This document shows positions 39,231-54,031 of a stretch of DNA of 64,000 bases, piece by piece (position 1 is the first letter of the stretch; the number at the start of each line of letters is the position of its first letter). A program made the translations under genes and the position numbers. The notes under the pieces were generated by a model. The model was not told the origin of the DNA, did no database searches, and saw only the letters and a list, made by a program, of their open reading frames with translations. This DNA is from Octopus sinensis (Eukaryota): the NCBI RefSeq assembly GCF_006345805.1, contig NC_043010.1, forward strand, positions 40,486,001 to 40,550,000, given 5' to 3'.

Positions 39231-40499
39231 TTTATTATTATTATTATTATTAATTATTACAGAAACAATCATCGCAGCTACTACTACTGCTATTGCTACT
39301 AATTCCATAAGTTACTGACTAGTCACGCGTTGATTTTAAAACGTTGTTCGAAGAAAGGATAAACGTTATTTTATAGATGAAGTATCTTCTTAATTTTATT
39401 CATTAAACTGCTCTGCTGCAATAGCTGCGAAAAGCTTGCAGTCTTTCCATACATGCTTGAGTCAATCAGATAAGGTTGTTTGATTTGTGTAGATACATTA
39501 TATTTTTCTCAGGCAGTCCCGCATGCAAAATGACACTAGAATTCCCAGTCATGCTCCGCGAAATACGAAACACAGAGACTAAATTATGATACACGCAACA
39601 TACACAAAGAAGAACGGCAAAAAGAAGTTAATTGTTCACAATTATACACACACATTAAAACAGATGGCAACACCATTGAAATGACTCTTAATATAAACAA
39701 TGCCAGCGTTTTATTTGTCAGCAGTGGCATTCGCACATACACGCCTGTGACCTGAAACCGGAAGACAAATGAAATTACTGATCAAGTCAAGGTTGACAAA
39801 GCAACAATACGAAATGCATCTCTGCAGATGTGATTTTCCTTGAGAAAAAACGTTCTAAATATCATGGCATATGAGCAGGCTACACAAGGCAAATCATAAA
39901 TTATTTTGTGTCTTTTAAGTATAAGAAGATATGCATTTGCCCACAAAACAGCAACTGGAAGAAGCCTTGCACAAAAATAAACCTGAAATTGTATCAAGCG
40001 CTTGTCAAACTTGTTTGTTTTTTGGACGGATAATTCAGTCAACGAAGAAAAGATTCTCAAATAATGAGAAATAATCCTACACATACACTGACACGCGCAA
40101 AGGTTACGATCAGCCTGCACATACACTGACACGCGCAAAAGTTACGATCAACTACGTTGGGTAAAGATATTAACCTGCGGTTTGTCTTGTAGACGTGGCT
40201 TATGTCGCAGCTGTCTTACTTCTCACTAGTGTTTGAAGTTTGCCCTATTTTTTATAGGAATTTCATGGCTCACATTAGTATATGTTTTCAATAAAATTTG
40301 ATTGGTAGAGGATAGTCCTATGACTGTTCTTAGAAATTTTTGTAGGTTCCCCGCTACGACCGTGTGTTAATATCAAGTGGCAGTGTTTGGCGTCGTAAGT
40401 TGAGACTGGCACGGTTGAATGAACATGTCCAAACAATCAAAGCTCTGGTTGTTTTCCGTCAAGCGTTTATAGAGAATAAACATGTGGTTAACTTTATAA

Positions 40500-41480
40500 C
40501 CTTTTGTACGTTGAACAACTTATAGATTTTAAAAATCTAATCAACACATAAGCAATAATATTAAATTTACCATGGAATACAGTAAAACTCAACTACCATT
40601 GAAACAGATATTCATACAATCAAGCAGATTCTAAACAAAACTTACTGTTCTCGTCATGTCATTTCAAACACACGAAGAATAATATCCCATTTCACCTAGC
40701 ATGAAGAATCTGCACAAACGTCTCGAACCCTGAGATTCGTAATAAAAGACTCCAGGAACTAAAACAAGTACTACTTAAAATACAATAAGAATTAGTTTCA
40801 ATAGACAACGGAATAGAACGTGCCAAAATAATAAATATCGAAGAGCTACGAAAAACAAAAACACTCCTGATACGTTCAATACTCTATCCTTTATTGCAAC
40901 ACACAACCAAGAAACACTGAGGTTTACAATATTATCCACCAGCACATCCCACTACTAAAACAAGACCCAAAAATGAAACAAGCATTTGAAATACATAAAA
41001 TAATCAAAAGTAAAAGACTATTAAAGTCTCTCAAAAAATTCCCCACGAGTTGTAAAATATCTTCCACAATTTCCACACTAACAGTCAAAAAGAGTGTCCG
41101 TCCCAATTACGGAGTCTGCATAAACCCTTTTGAAGACACAACATATAGATTCAAATTAGGACAGACTTTTACCGTAAAAAAATCACTTTACATGTTCTTA
41201 AAGGAATTTAATATACGGTGTCATTTGTCTAGGATGTAATGAAGATTACATAGCTCAAACAAAGCTGACTTAAGAAATAGACTGACCATTCACGGACAAC
41301 AAATACGAGGCCCCAGTACTTGACAGATTCCACGGGATGGACATATAGATCTATGTGCAAAAAAATAAGTCCCCAAAACTCCAGGTTTTCCACTCTACCT
41401 ATGTTCAGCGAATACCACAGATGAAGCACGAATTAGCAAAGAAAATACTTTCATACAAAAGAAAACACCAAGACTTAAGA
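40500..41480 (+). mobile_element. Penelope-like element, RT C-terminus plus GIY-YIG endonuclease (copy 1, frameshifted)
   Basis: NIKFTMEYSKTQLP, SCHFKHTKNNIPFHLA*RICTNVS, KQDPKMKQAF; near-identical to 47219-48210. Confidence 0.88.
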
Positions 41481-42249
41481 AACGTTAGCAGAGTAAATAC
41501 ACAAATAACAATTCACACATAAAGCTCATCCTGCAACTACACAGATAACAACCTAAACTGGACTACACGCAAACGACGACTGTTCACTCTCCCACCAGAC
41601 AGATTAAATTTGGAGTGCCTTGATTATCACTAAACACGTTCACTTAACCGTGTCGGCCTTCGTTTTAGGGGAAAATATACTGTCCCGTGTCACTAACGCA
41701 AGCGTGTATGTGTGTGTGTCTGTGTGTGTGTGTGTGTGTGTGGTGTGTGTGTGCACGTGCGGGTATTCATGCACCCTACTATCTGACTTGTATACCAGAG
41801 ATATTTCATCAGCCTGAAAATACGTAAACGGGTTTCAGAGGAAAAATGAATGTACATATACAAAACACGCACAACACACACACACACACCACACACACAC
41901 ACACACACAACACACATACACACATACACACATACATGCACACACACTAACACCTTCATACCTCACGGCAGTGTCTGCCTATCCAGTTTCACTCACAATG
42001 TTTGAGACCATCCAAGGTTGTAGCAAATGTCGCTTGCTCAAGATATCAAAGAGACGGATCGAACCATATAATTCATAACTGTGAACAAATCTTTATGTAG
42101 ATTTCGAAAGGCTCCGTACCTCCCCGCCTCTCTCTCTGTCTGTCTCTCTCTCTCTCTCCCTCTCTCTCACTCCACATGCACACGAGAACACACATGTGCA
42201 CGGTCATGCATGTATGTGTGAGTGTTCATATATATGCATATATGTATAT

Positions 42250-42527
42250 CACCGTGATCATCGTAACCGACCAGGCTATCAGATGTTGCTACATATCGTG
42301 GTCACAATGCGTCGCATTGTTTTTGTCTTCAAATAATGCCACCCTGCTGGCTAAGCGAGCGTGCAGAGAGAAAGAAAGAGTGAGAGAAAGTTGTGGTGAA
42401 AGAGTACAGCAGGGATCACCACCACACCCGCAGGAGCCTCGTGAAGCTTTAAGTGTTTCACACCAATAAACACTCACAAGGCCCGGTCTGGGAATTGAAC
42501 CGCGAGTCCGCCACCCTAACCACTGGG
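42250..42527 (-). mobile_element. tRNA-derived SINE (copy 1; duplicate at 48978-49258)
   Basis: Same head, body and tail as 3191-3495. Confidence 0.85.
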
Positions 42528-42555
42528 TATATATATATATAATAAATATATATAT

Positions 42556-42588
<33 letters not shown>

Positions 42589-42954
42589 TATATGAGAGAG
42601 AGAGAGAGAGAAGAAAGAGAGAGAGAGAGGAGAGGAGAGAGAGAGAGAGACTGATGTGTGCATCTGGTCTCTTACGTCTTTTGTGTCTGTGTGAAAGAGG
42701 GAGAGAGCACAAGGAGGAAAACGAAACCTGCTTTTATTATTAAAACCCATTAGTAAATTTGTGTATTCGGCCTGGGATTATGTCGCTGAATTGAACTAAG
42801 AAACTCAAAGTTATCAACTACAACGTCACTCTGCAGTCGGTAAATACGATTTTGAACGAATTATCTAATACGAATTCTTATATCTGCATATAATGAACAT
42901 AATCTTGAGAGAAGTGAATATATATATCTATTATCTATCTATCTATCTATCTCT

Positions 42955-42993
<39 letters not shown>

Positions 42994-44002
42994 CCTCCTC
43001 CGTTAAACATATATATAGATAGAGAGAATAATTTTTCGACTTACAGCTGTAGTTCCTAAATCTACAATTTTATATAAGAAATACAAACGTCATTATCTAG
43101 CTTAAACATATCCCAGTATTATGGCTTTATTCACAGATCTCTCTGAACAGGTTCAGCTGTTACTCATGCCAAAATGTTCTGGACATATACTCTGGTATAG
43201 CTTCGATAGTTAATCCAGATTTTACGGCCTCACTGCATTTCGCGGAACCGCAGATATTTGCTCCTTTCGTCGCAAGTATATTTTCTAAATTTAATTTTCC
43301 ATTATCCAGCTAATTCCATTTATCCGTAAGTCCGGAATATATTGGCAGATTTCCTGCCTGGTCAAAGTGGAATTCAGAAATCCACTTATTTTGTAAGAGT
43401 TTAGAGTTTGCTATGACGGAAAGCAAAAATGAGCCAATGCGTTTAGTGTGCGCGAGAATTTATCAGAAAATGTTCAAATATAATTCATATATTCACATAT
43501 ACATCATTTACCTTGGTAGTTACTTTTACAATTTGTTATCTCAATTCAATAAGACTTAAGGAAAATCTAATATAATTTTTTAAGTCGTAAATATGAAGCC
43601 GATGTCCATAGGAAAGGGAATCTTCTCCAATTTTATATTAATAGATTTACGAAGAACATAAATATAACCCTTGGAACGCCCACATGTCATTGGTCAACTT
43701 ATTACAGTATTCGTTTCCCGTAAGACAGGTCACGGGTTCAAATTCTACTAAGAACCAATATACTCCACTTCTTGCTCTTACCAACAAAATATTCCTAGAA
43801 CAAGTTGCTTTTTATGCTTTTGTCGTTGCTGTAATCGTCTTAGCATGTCTTATATTGTTCCAAGAATAGATACAATTCGGACTACATTATCCCTGTGTCC
43901 TCGTTTACAAAGATGGAAGTGAACGATTTTATGAGAAGTTTTCTACATTTCTAGCATGTGTAGTGACCACGTAATTCTGTCTCGCTTCTGCTTGATGTTT
44001 AT

Positions 44003-44343
44003 ACGTGTTTCTCCGTCGGTCATGACGACGAGGGTCCAGTTAATCCGATCAACGGAACAGCCTGCTCATGAAATTAACGCGCAAGTGGCTGAGCACTCCA
44101 CAGACACGTGTACCCTTAACGTAGTAATCGGGAAGGCTCAGCATGACATAGAGTGTGACAAGGTTGGCCCCCTTGAAATACAGGTGCAACAGAAACAGGA
44201 AGAAAGAGTGAGGGAAATTTGTGGTGAAAGCTTTTGGGTGTTTTCGCTCAATAAACACTCACAACGCTCGGTCTGGGAATCGAAACAACGATCCTACTAC
44301 TGCGAGTCCGCTGCCCTAACTACTGGGCCATTGCGCCTCCACG
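44003..44343 (-). mobile_element. tRNA-Arg-like SINE (copy 1; duplicate at 50789-51128)
   Basis: Reverse complement matches 27299-27682 along its length. Confidence 0.88.
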
Positions 44344-44921
44344 TGTGATGCTATAAGTCATCCATGTAGGCAACAATGTCGTAGTTGTTGTCATTGTTGT
44401 TGTTTTTGTTGTTGTTGCTGCTACTGCTGCTGCTGCTGATGATGATGACGACGACGACGATGACGACGATGATGATGTTTTTCTTGTGCGTTGCCTCTGG
44501 CCAGTTCAACGCGAGCAGAGTCAGGGCATGCAAGTAGTCAACTATGAAAAACTACGCTCACACCACAGATCTACGTTTTCACAGACTCCATTCCTCAAAG
44601 GCAAGGTCGTGGTTTTCTCCTCCCGGACCACCGGTGCGCTGTATTCTCGAACAAAATATACTTATTTCACATCGCTCCAGTCCACTCAGCTGTAAACGAG
44701 CAAACTCTGCGACGGACTGGCGTCTGGTTACAGAGGGTCCCATGATCTCGTCACTAATACGTCATGGAAACCAGGTAAGTACCCTACCAGTCCTCTGACT
44801 CGAGACAGTAGGGTCTACGTTTAAAGTCCATCTTCATCTATCCTCTAGTTGAGGACTACACTGCAGTCTACGTCATTCACTTTGATTAGTCATAGGCATG
44901 TAGTGTTACATTATGGGCATA

Positions 44922-45085
44922 TACGAGGAGAAATCAAAGAATTATCCGCACTATCCGCAAAACATACTTTACTATAGAGGTCATACGATCGAAGATTGAG
45001 ATTGATCACGCCATTTTTCTTTCTGGCTTTACAGAGTAAACATAGCCGACTCCACTAGCAGTGGCCACCAAAGAAGGGCAAAAAA
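44922..45085 (+). mobile_element. Mariner left end truncated at the duplication junction
   Basis: tacgaggagaaatcaaagaattatccgcac TIR; matches 51712-51872, then stops at a poly-A/(TA)n tract. Confidence 0.8.
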
Positions 45086-45240
45086 AAAATATATATAGAC
45101 ATGTTATATATATGTACATATATATATAATATATATATCTATATACATAAATCTATATATATTATATTATAGTATATGAAAATATAGTATATTTATATGC
45201 ATGTGCATGTATGCATTCTATGTATATACGTATATATACT

Positions 45241-45304
<64 letters not shown>

Positions 45305-45668
45305 GCATAACACATATATGTGTTTGTGCGTTATCTGAGGGTGTTTGTCTGTTGTGCGTTAGTGTGTTTAAAAGCTGAAAGAAAAGGATTTTCTGTTTTT
45401 GAGACTAAAATAAAATATACAAGTCAAAGGGATGGTTTAAAGTTGATACTGTTTTTGATTTCGGCAAGTGGTGGTGGGTTTTCTAATAATTTGGTGTTTC
45501 GTGTTTAGTCTTTAAATCAAAATTTGAAATTCCGGATAATACGGGTGATTATTGACACAAACAGATGAAAACTGAAAAACAACCATTAATAACGATCATC
45601 ATAACATCATCATCAAAATCCCATTTTATCATCATCATCATATCATCGTCAACATCATCATCATCATC

Positions 45669-45700
<32 letters not shown>

Positions 45701-45706
45701 ATTATA

Positions 45707-45937
45707 TTCAGTAGTTTTATTTTATAGCGTGCTTTCACTTCAATACCGAGCGCAGCTCTGTGTGCCTTAGGTATGTGCTGTGATTTGTTGTGATGATGCT
45801 CTGATGGTTATGTATGGAAAGTGTTCTGCGTTGGATGTGTGCAGTGCCTAGTAGTGCAATTTTCTGTATGTTATATGTGTTTGTAAGTCCTGGTGTTTTT
45901 GTTATGTATTTGTTTTTGTTATGTATTTGTCTGAATA

Positions 45938-45945
<8 letters not shown>
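45707..45945 (-). mobile_element. R4/Dong LINE extreme 3' end (copy 2)
   Basis: ORF 45735-46022 contains KYITKTPGLTNTYNIQKIALLGTAHIQRRTLS. Confidence 0.85.
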
Positions 45946-45971
<26 letters not shown>

Positions 45972-47218
45972 AGAAACAATAATATCAGCAGCTACTACTA
46001 CTGCTATTGCTACTACTTCCATAAGTTACTGGCCTAGTCACGCGTTGATTTTAAAACGTTGTTCGAAGAAAGGATAACTGTTATATAGAATGAAGTACCT
46101 TCTTAATTTTATTTCATTAAACTTGCTCTGCTGCATATAGCTGCGAAAAGCTTGCAGTCTTTCCATACATGCTTGAGTCAATCAGATAAGGTTTGTTTGA
46201 TTTGTTTAGATACATTATATTTTTCTCAGGCAGTCCGCATGCAAAATGACAGCTAGAATTCCCAGTCATGCTCCGCGAAATACGAAACACAGAGACTAAA
46301 TTATGATACACGCAACATACACAAAGAAGAACGGCAAAAATAAGTTAATTGTTCACAATTATACACACACATTAAAACAGATGGCAACACCATTCAAATG
46401 ACTCTTAATATAAACAATGCCAGCGTTTTATTTGTCAGCAGTGGCATTCGCACATACACGCCTGTGACCTGAAACCGGAAGACAAATGAAATTACTGATC
46501 AAGTCAAGGTTGACAAAGCAACAATACGAAATGCATCTCTGCAGATGTGATTTTCCTTGAGAAAAACGTTTCTAAATATCATGGCATATGAGACAGGCTA
46601 CACAAGGCAAATCATAAATTATTTTGTGTCTTTTTAAGTATAAGAAGATATGCAATTTGCCCACAAAACAGCAACTGGAAGAAGCCTTGCACAAAAATAA
46701 ACCTGAAATTGTATCAAGCGCTGTCAAACTTGTTTGTTTTTTGGACGGATAATTCAGTCAACGAAGAAAAGATTCTCAAATAATGAGAAATAATCCTACA
46801 CATACACTGACACGCGCAAAGGTTACGATCAGCCTGCACATACACTGACACGCGCAAAAGTTACGATCAACTACGTTGGGTAAAGATATTAACTGCGGTT
46901 TGTCTTGTAGACGTGGCTTATGTCGCAGCTGTTACTTCTCACTAGTGTTTGAAGTTTGCCCTATTTTTTATAGGAATTTCATGGCTCACATTAGTATATG
47001 TTTTCAATAAAATTTGATTGGTAGAGGATAGTCCTATGACTGTTCTTAGAAATTTTGTAGATTCCCCGCTACGACCGTGTGTTAATATCAAGTGGCAGTG
47101 TTTGGCGTCGTAAGTTGAGACTGGCACGGTTGAATGAACATGTCCAAACAATCAAAGCTCTGGTTGTTTTCCGTCAAGCGTTTATAGAGAATGAACATGT
47201 GGTTAACTTTATAACCTT

Positions 47219-48210
47219 TTGTACGTTGAACAACTTATAGATTTTAAAAATCTAATCAACAACATAAGCAATAATATTAAATTTACCATGGAATACAGTA
47301 AAACTCAACTACCATTGAAACAGATATTCACTACAATCAAGCAGATTCTAAACAAAACTTACTGTTCTCGTCATGTCATTTCAAACACACGAAGAATAAT
47401 ATCCCATTTCACCTAGCATGAAGAATCTGCACAAACGTCTCGAACCCTGAGATTCGTAATAAAAGACTCCAGGAACTAAAACAAGTACTACTTAAAATAC
47501 AATAAGAATTAGTTTCAATAGACAACGGAATAGAACGTGCCAAAATAATAAATATCGAAGAGCTACGAAAAAAACAAAAACACTCTGATACGTTCAATAC
47601 TCTATCCTTTATTGCAAACACAAACCAAGAAGAAACACTGAGGTTTACAATATTATCACCAGCACATCCCACTACTAAACAAGACCCAAAAATGAAACAA
47701 GCATTTGAAATACATAAAATAATCAAAAGTAAAAGACTATTAAAGTCTCTCAAAAAATTCCCCACGAGTTGTAAAATATCTTCCACAATTTCTACACTAA
47801 CAGTCAAAAAGAGTGTCCGTCCCAATTACGGAGTCTGCATAAACCCTTTTGAAGACACAACATATAGATTCAAATTAGGACAGACTTTTACCGTAAAAAA
47901 TCACTTTACATGTTCTTCAAGGAATTTAATATACGGTGTCATTTGTCTAGGATGTAATGAAGATTACATAGCTCAAACAAAGCTGACTCTAAGAAATAGA
48001 CTGACCATTCACCGACAACAAATACGAGGCCCCAGTACTTGACAGATTCCACGGGATGGACATATAGATCTATGTGCAAAAAATAAGTCCCCAAAACTCC
48101 AGGTTTTCCCACTCTACCTATGTTCAGCGAATACCACAGATGAAGCACGAATTAGCAAAGAAAATACTTTCATACAAAAGAAAAGACCAAGACTTAAGAA
48201 ACGTTAGCAG
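47219..48210 (+). mobile_element. Penelope-like element, RT C-terminus plus GIY-YIG endonuclease (copy 2)
   Basis: ORF 47692-48042 contains FTCSSRNLIYGVICLGCNEDYIAQTKLTLRNRLTIHRQQIR (GIY-YIG with CCHH); ends RISKENTFIQK. Confidence 0.9.
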
Positions 48211-48578
48211 AGTAAATACACAAATAACAATTCACACATAAAGCTCATCCTGCAACTACACAGATAACAACCTAAACTGGACTACACGCAAACGACGACT
48301 GTTCACTCTCCCACCAGACAGATTAAATTTGGAGTGCCTTGATTATCACTAAACACGTTCACTTAACCGTGTCGGCCTTCGTTTTAGGGGAAAATATACT
48401 GTCCCGTGTCACTAACGCAAGCGTGTATGCGTGTGTGTCTGTGTGTGTGGTGTGTGTGTGTGTGTGTGTGTGCACGTGCGGGTATTCATGCACCTACTAT
48501 CTGACTTGTATACCAGCAGATATTTCATCAGCCTGAAAATACGTAAACGGGTTTCAGAGAAAAATGACTGTACATATA

Positions 48579-48649
<71 letters not shown>

Positions 48650-48977
48650 ACATACACACATACATGCACACACACTAACACCTTCATACCTCACGGCAGT
48701 GTCTGCCTATCCAGTTTCACTCACAATGTTTGAGACCATCCAAGGTTGTAGCAAATGTCGCTTGCTCAAGATATCAAAGAGACGGATCGAACCATATAAT
48801 TCATAACTGTGAACAAATCTTCATGTAGATTTCGAAAGGCTCCGTACCTCCCCGCCTCTCTCTCTGTCTGTCTCTCTCTCTCTCTCCCTCTCTCTCACTC
48901 CACATGCACACGAGAACACACATGTGCACGGTCATGCATGTATGTGTGAGTGTTCATATATATGCATATATGTATAT

Positions 48978-49256
48978 CACCGTGATCATCGTAACCGACC
49001 AGGCTATCAGATGTTGCTACATATCGCTGGTCACAATGCGCTTCGCATTGTTTTTGTCTTCAAATAATGCCACCCTGCTGGCTAAGCGAGCAGTGCAAGA
49101 GAAGAAAGAGTGAGAGAAAGTTGTGGTGAAAGAGTACAGCAGGGATCACCACCACACCCGCAGGAGCCTCGTGAAGCTTTAAGTGTTTTCACACAATAAA
49201 CACTCACAAGGCCCGGTCTAGGAATCGAAACCGCGAGTCCGCCACCCTAACCACTG

Positions 49257-49258
<2 letters not shown>
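48978..49258 (-). mobile_element. tRNA-derived SINE (copy 2)
   Basis: Duplicate of 42250-42527. Confidence 0.85.
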
Positions 49259-49320
<62 letters not shown>

Positions 49321-49643
49321 GGAGAGAGAGAGAGACTGATGTGTGCATCTGTGTCTCTACGTCTTTTTTGTGTCTATGTGAAAGAGGGAGAGAGCACAAG
49401 GAGGAAAACGAAACCTGCTTTTATTATTTAAAACCCATTAGTAAATTTGTGTATTCGGCCTGGGATTATGTCGCTGAATTGAACTAAGAAACTCAAAGTT
49501 ATCAACTACAACGTCACTCTGCAGTCGGTAAATACGATTTTGAACGAATTATCTAATACGAATTCTTATATCTGCATATAATGAACATAATCTTGAGAGA
49601 AGTGAATATATATATCTATCTATCTATCTATCTATCTATCTCT

Positions 49644-49774
<131 letters not shown>

Positions 49775-50788
49775 CCTCCTCCGTTAAACATATATATAGA
49801 TAGAGAGAATAATTTTTCGACTTACAGCTGTAGTTCCTAAATCTACAATTTTATATAAGAAATACAAACGTCATTATCTAGCTTAAACATATCCCAGTAT
49901 TATGGCTTTATTCACAGATCTCTTCTTGAACAGGTTCAGCTGTTACTCATGCCAAAATGTTCTGGACATATACTCTGGTATAGCTTCGATAGTTAATCCA
50001 GATTTTACGGCCTCACTGCATTTCGCGGAACCGCAGATATTTGCTCCTTTCGTCGCAAGTATATTTTCTAAATTTAATTTTCCATTATCCAGCTAATTCC
50101 ATTTATCCGTAAGTCCGGAATATATTGGCAGATTTCCTGCCTGGTCAAAGTGGAATTCAGAAATCCACTTATTTTGTAAGAGTTTAGAGTTTGCTATGAC
50201 GGAAAGCAAAAATGAGCCAATGCGTTAGTGTGCGCGAGAATTTATCAGAAAATGTTCAAATATAAATCATATATTCACATATACATCATTTGCATTGGTA
50301 GTTACTTTTACAATTTGTTATCTCAATTCAATAAGACTTAAGGAAAATCTAATATAATTTTTTAAGTCGTAAATATGAAGCCGATGTCCATAGGAAAGGG
50401 AATCTTCTCCAATTTATATTAATAGATTTACGAAGAACATAAATATAACCCTTGGAACGCCCACATGTCATTGGTCAACTTATTACAGTATTCGTTTCCC
50501 GTAAGACAGGTCACGGGTTCAAATTCTACTAAGAACCAATATACTCCACTTCTTGCTCTTACCAACAAAATATTCCTAGAACAAGTTGCTTTTTATGCTT
50601 TTGTCGTTGCTGTAATCGTCTTAGCATGTCTTATATTGTTCCAAGAATAGATACAATTCGGACTACATTATCCCTTGTGTCCTTCGTTTACAAAGATGGA
50701 AGTGAACGATTTTATGAGAAGTTTTCTAACATTTCTAGCATGTGTAGTGACCACGTAATTCTGTCTCGCTTCTGCTTGATGTTTATAC

Positions 50789-51128
50789 GTGTTTCTCCGT
50801 CGGTCATGACGACAAGGGTTCCAGTTAATCCGATCAACGGAACAGCCTGCTCATGAAATTAACGCGCAAGTGGCTGAGCACTCCACAGACACGTGTACCC
50901 TTAACGTAGTAATCGGGAAGGCTCAGCATGACATAGAGTGTGACAAGGTTGGCCCCCTTGAAATACAGGTGCAACAGAAACAGGAAGAAAGAGTGAGGGA
51001 AATTTGTGGTGAAAGCTTTTGGGTGTTTTCGCTCAATAAACACTCACAACGCTCGGTCTGGGAATCGAAACAGCGATCCTACTACTGCGAGTCCGCTGCC
51101 CTAACTACTGGGCCATTGCGCCTTCACG
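50789..51128 (-). mobile_element. tRNA-Arg-like SINE (copy 2)
   Basis: Duplicate of 44003-44343. Confidence 0.88.
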
Positions 51129-51711
51129 CGTGATGCTATAAGTCATCCATGTAGGCAACAATGTCGTAGTTGTTGTCATTGTTGTTGTTTTTGTTGTTGT
51201 TGCTGCTACTGCTGCTGCTGCTGATGATGATGACGACGACGACGATGACGACGATGATGATGTTTTTTCTTGTGCGTTGCCTCTGGCCAGTTCAACGCGA
51301 GCAGGGTCAGGGCATGCAAGTAGTCAACTATGGAACTACGCTCACACCACAGATCTACTTGTTTCACAGACTCCATTCCTCAAACGCAAGGTCGTGGTTT
51401 CTCCTCCCGGACCACCGGTGCGCTGTATTCTCGAACAAAATATACTTTATTTCACATCGCTCCAGTCCACTCAGCTGTAAACGAGCAAACTCTGCGACGG
51501 ACTGGCGTCTGGTTACAGGAGGGTCCCATGATCTCAGTCACTAATACGTCATGGAAACCAGGTAAGTACCCCTACCAGTCCTCTGACTCGAGACAGTAGG
51601 GTCTACGTTTAACGTCCATCTTCATCTATCCCTCTAGTTGAGGACTACACTGCAGTCTACGTCATTCACTTTGATTAGTCATAGGCTATGTAGTGTTACA
51701 TTATGGGCATA

Positions 51712-52354
51712 TACGAGGAGAAATCAAGAATTATCCGCACTATCCGCAAAACATACTTTACTATAGAGGTCATACGATCGAAGATTGAGACTGATCACGC
51801 CATTTTTCTTTCTGGCTTTACAGAGTAAACATAGCCGCTCCACTAGCAGTGGCCACCAAAGAAGGGCAAAAAGCAGTGATCCCATTTCGCTGCTCTGAGG
51901 CTTTTAGCACAATACGAGGTCAGTGAACTACCACGTAAAAGTGTGTATGGGTGGCTCGAGAAATTTACAGGTGGCCAGACAAACGTGACGCACGAAAAGG
52001 GAACAGGATACCTGTCAATCTCCACCAGTGATGAGAAGATTCAGTAAGCTCGAGTGGTGGTAACAGTGAACCGGTTCACCATTACCATATCTCGAATCAC
52101 TGCTCTTTGTCCTTTGTCAGATCACTGCTCTTTGTCCTTTGTCAGATCACTGCTCTTTGTTCTTCTTTGGTGCCCATTGCTAGTGGAGCGGCATTGCTTA
52201 CACTGTAAAGCCAGAAAGAAAAATGGCGCGATCAGGCTCAAACTTCGATTACGTGACCACAATACTACCAACTATAAGCATGCTTGTGCAAAAAGCAGTG
52301 TGGCAATAATTAAGTTATGACGAAAGTGCGGATAATTTTTGACTTACCATCGTA
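51712..52354 (+). mobile_element. Deleted mariner derivative bounded by two left ends
   Basis: TIRs tacgaggagaaatcaagaattatccgcac / gtgcggataatttttgacttaccatcgta; internal HTH remnant LLAQYEVSELPRKSVYGWLEKFTGGQTNVTHEKGTG; the right arm read on the minus strand encodes MGTKEEQRAVI. Confidence 0.85.
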
Positions 52355-52369
52355 ATTATTTGTTTCAAA

Positions 52370-53655
52370 TTTTGGCAGAAGGTCAGCAATTTCGGGGTAG
52401 AGGCTGAGTCGATTAAACTGTTATCGGCACTCCAAAATATGAAAGGTGACACCGACAGCGGAGGAATCTGAACTCAGAACGTAAAGCTGGAAGAAACGCT
52501 AAGCATTTTGTCCAACGTGCTAACAGTTCTACCAGCACGTTGCTTTTCGATTCATTAATATTGCTCCCATTGTAAATGAATGATGCAGCGTTGACATGCT
52601 TCATTCTTATAACTCCTTCGCGATACATAGAATAACTCCTTCGCAATACATAGAATGCATTTGTGAGAAAAGTATCATTAAGCAAATGTACGATATCCTA
52701 CACATCGGCGTCAAAGATTATATATTAATAAAGTAGGTTGATTAATCAGTAAGGTGATAACAACAAAAATAATATAAATTAGACAACAGTTATTTCAGAG
52801 ACCCCGAATCCACAGACAGACTAACAACATTTCACCTCATTTTCGCTAGTAATATTGTTTTAAAATTAGCAATGATGTCGCAACATTATATTTCCTTTCC
52901 TCAAATAACATAGTTATCTTAAGTCTAAGCTTAATGAATGATTTACACTGAAAATGACGCCATGTAGTATGGTGTGAAGCGGATGACACGGCGATTGGTA
53001 CTTACTTTATCAACCCCGAAAGGATGAAAGGCAAAGTCGACCCCGGCGGAAATTGAACTCAAAACGTACGCTAAGCATTTTGTCCGGCGTGCTAACAATT
53101 CTTATTTCTTTATGGCCCACAGGGGGCTAAACATAGAGGGGACAAACAAGGACCGACAAAGAGATTAAGTTGATTACATCGACCCCAGTGCGCAGCTGGT
53201 ACTTAATTTATAGAGCCCGAAATGATGAATGGCAAAGTCGACCTTCGCGGAATTGGAACTCAGAACGTAAAGACAGACGAAATACCTATTTCTTTACTAC
53301 CCACAAGGGGCTAAACACAGACGGGACAAACAAGGAGAGAAAAACGGATTAAGTCGATTCCATAGACCCCAGTGCGTAACTGGTACTTAATTTATCGACC
53401 TCGAAAGGATGAAAGGCAAAGTCCACCTCGGTGGAATTTGAACTCAGAACGCAGCGGCAGACGAAATACTGCAAAGCATTTCGCCCTGCGTGCTAACGTT
53501 TCTGCCAGCTCGCCGCCATTTTTTACCCTCAGCGTTGGTGAAGTCATAACATCGTTTGCTTGAACATCAGTAATAGATTGATTAACATTATAAGAAATAC
53601 CGCTAAGCATTTCGCCCGGCGTGCTAACGTTTCTGCCAGCTTGCCGCCTTGGCAC
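52370..53655 (-). mobile_element. Cluster of Nin/Deu-domain SINEs including a head-to-tail dimer (53101-53517)
   Basis: Repeated aaggatgaaaggcaaagtcgac and gctaacgtttctgccagct motifs at about 52420, 53020, 53230, 53405 and 53620. Confidence 0.85.
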
Positions 53656-53977
53656 GGTGAGATACTACATGAAGTACAGAGTGTAATAAAAACATTAAGA
53701 TTAATTCAAGCTAATGTTGTTTTATTCAGTAAATGGACAGATCAAACGTCTAAATCACCAGTTTACTGGAATAGTTCAGATTTATAAAAGTTCAAAAGTC
53801 TGGATTAAAATGGCAGCAAAAATTATAATTTAAACTGCGGTTTAAATTATTTTTGCTTCAGAAAATTTCACTTTATTCTTCCGTGGAAAATTTCAATTAA
53901 GTCTTCAGTTTGAAACTTTAGATATTTATGACGTGTACAAAGTTTCATATTAAACTTATTTAATAATAATAATAATG

Positions 53978-54031
<54 letters not shown>

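Noticed and set aside
39782-40138. 118-aa minus-strand ORF within the duplication
   Set aside because: Frame not preserved in the second copy and no known motif.
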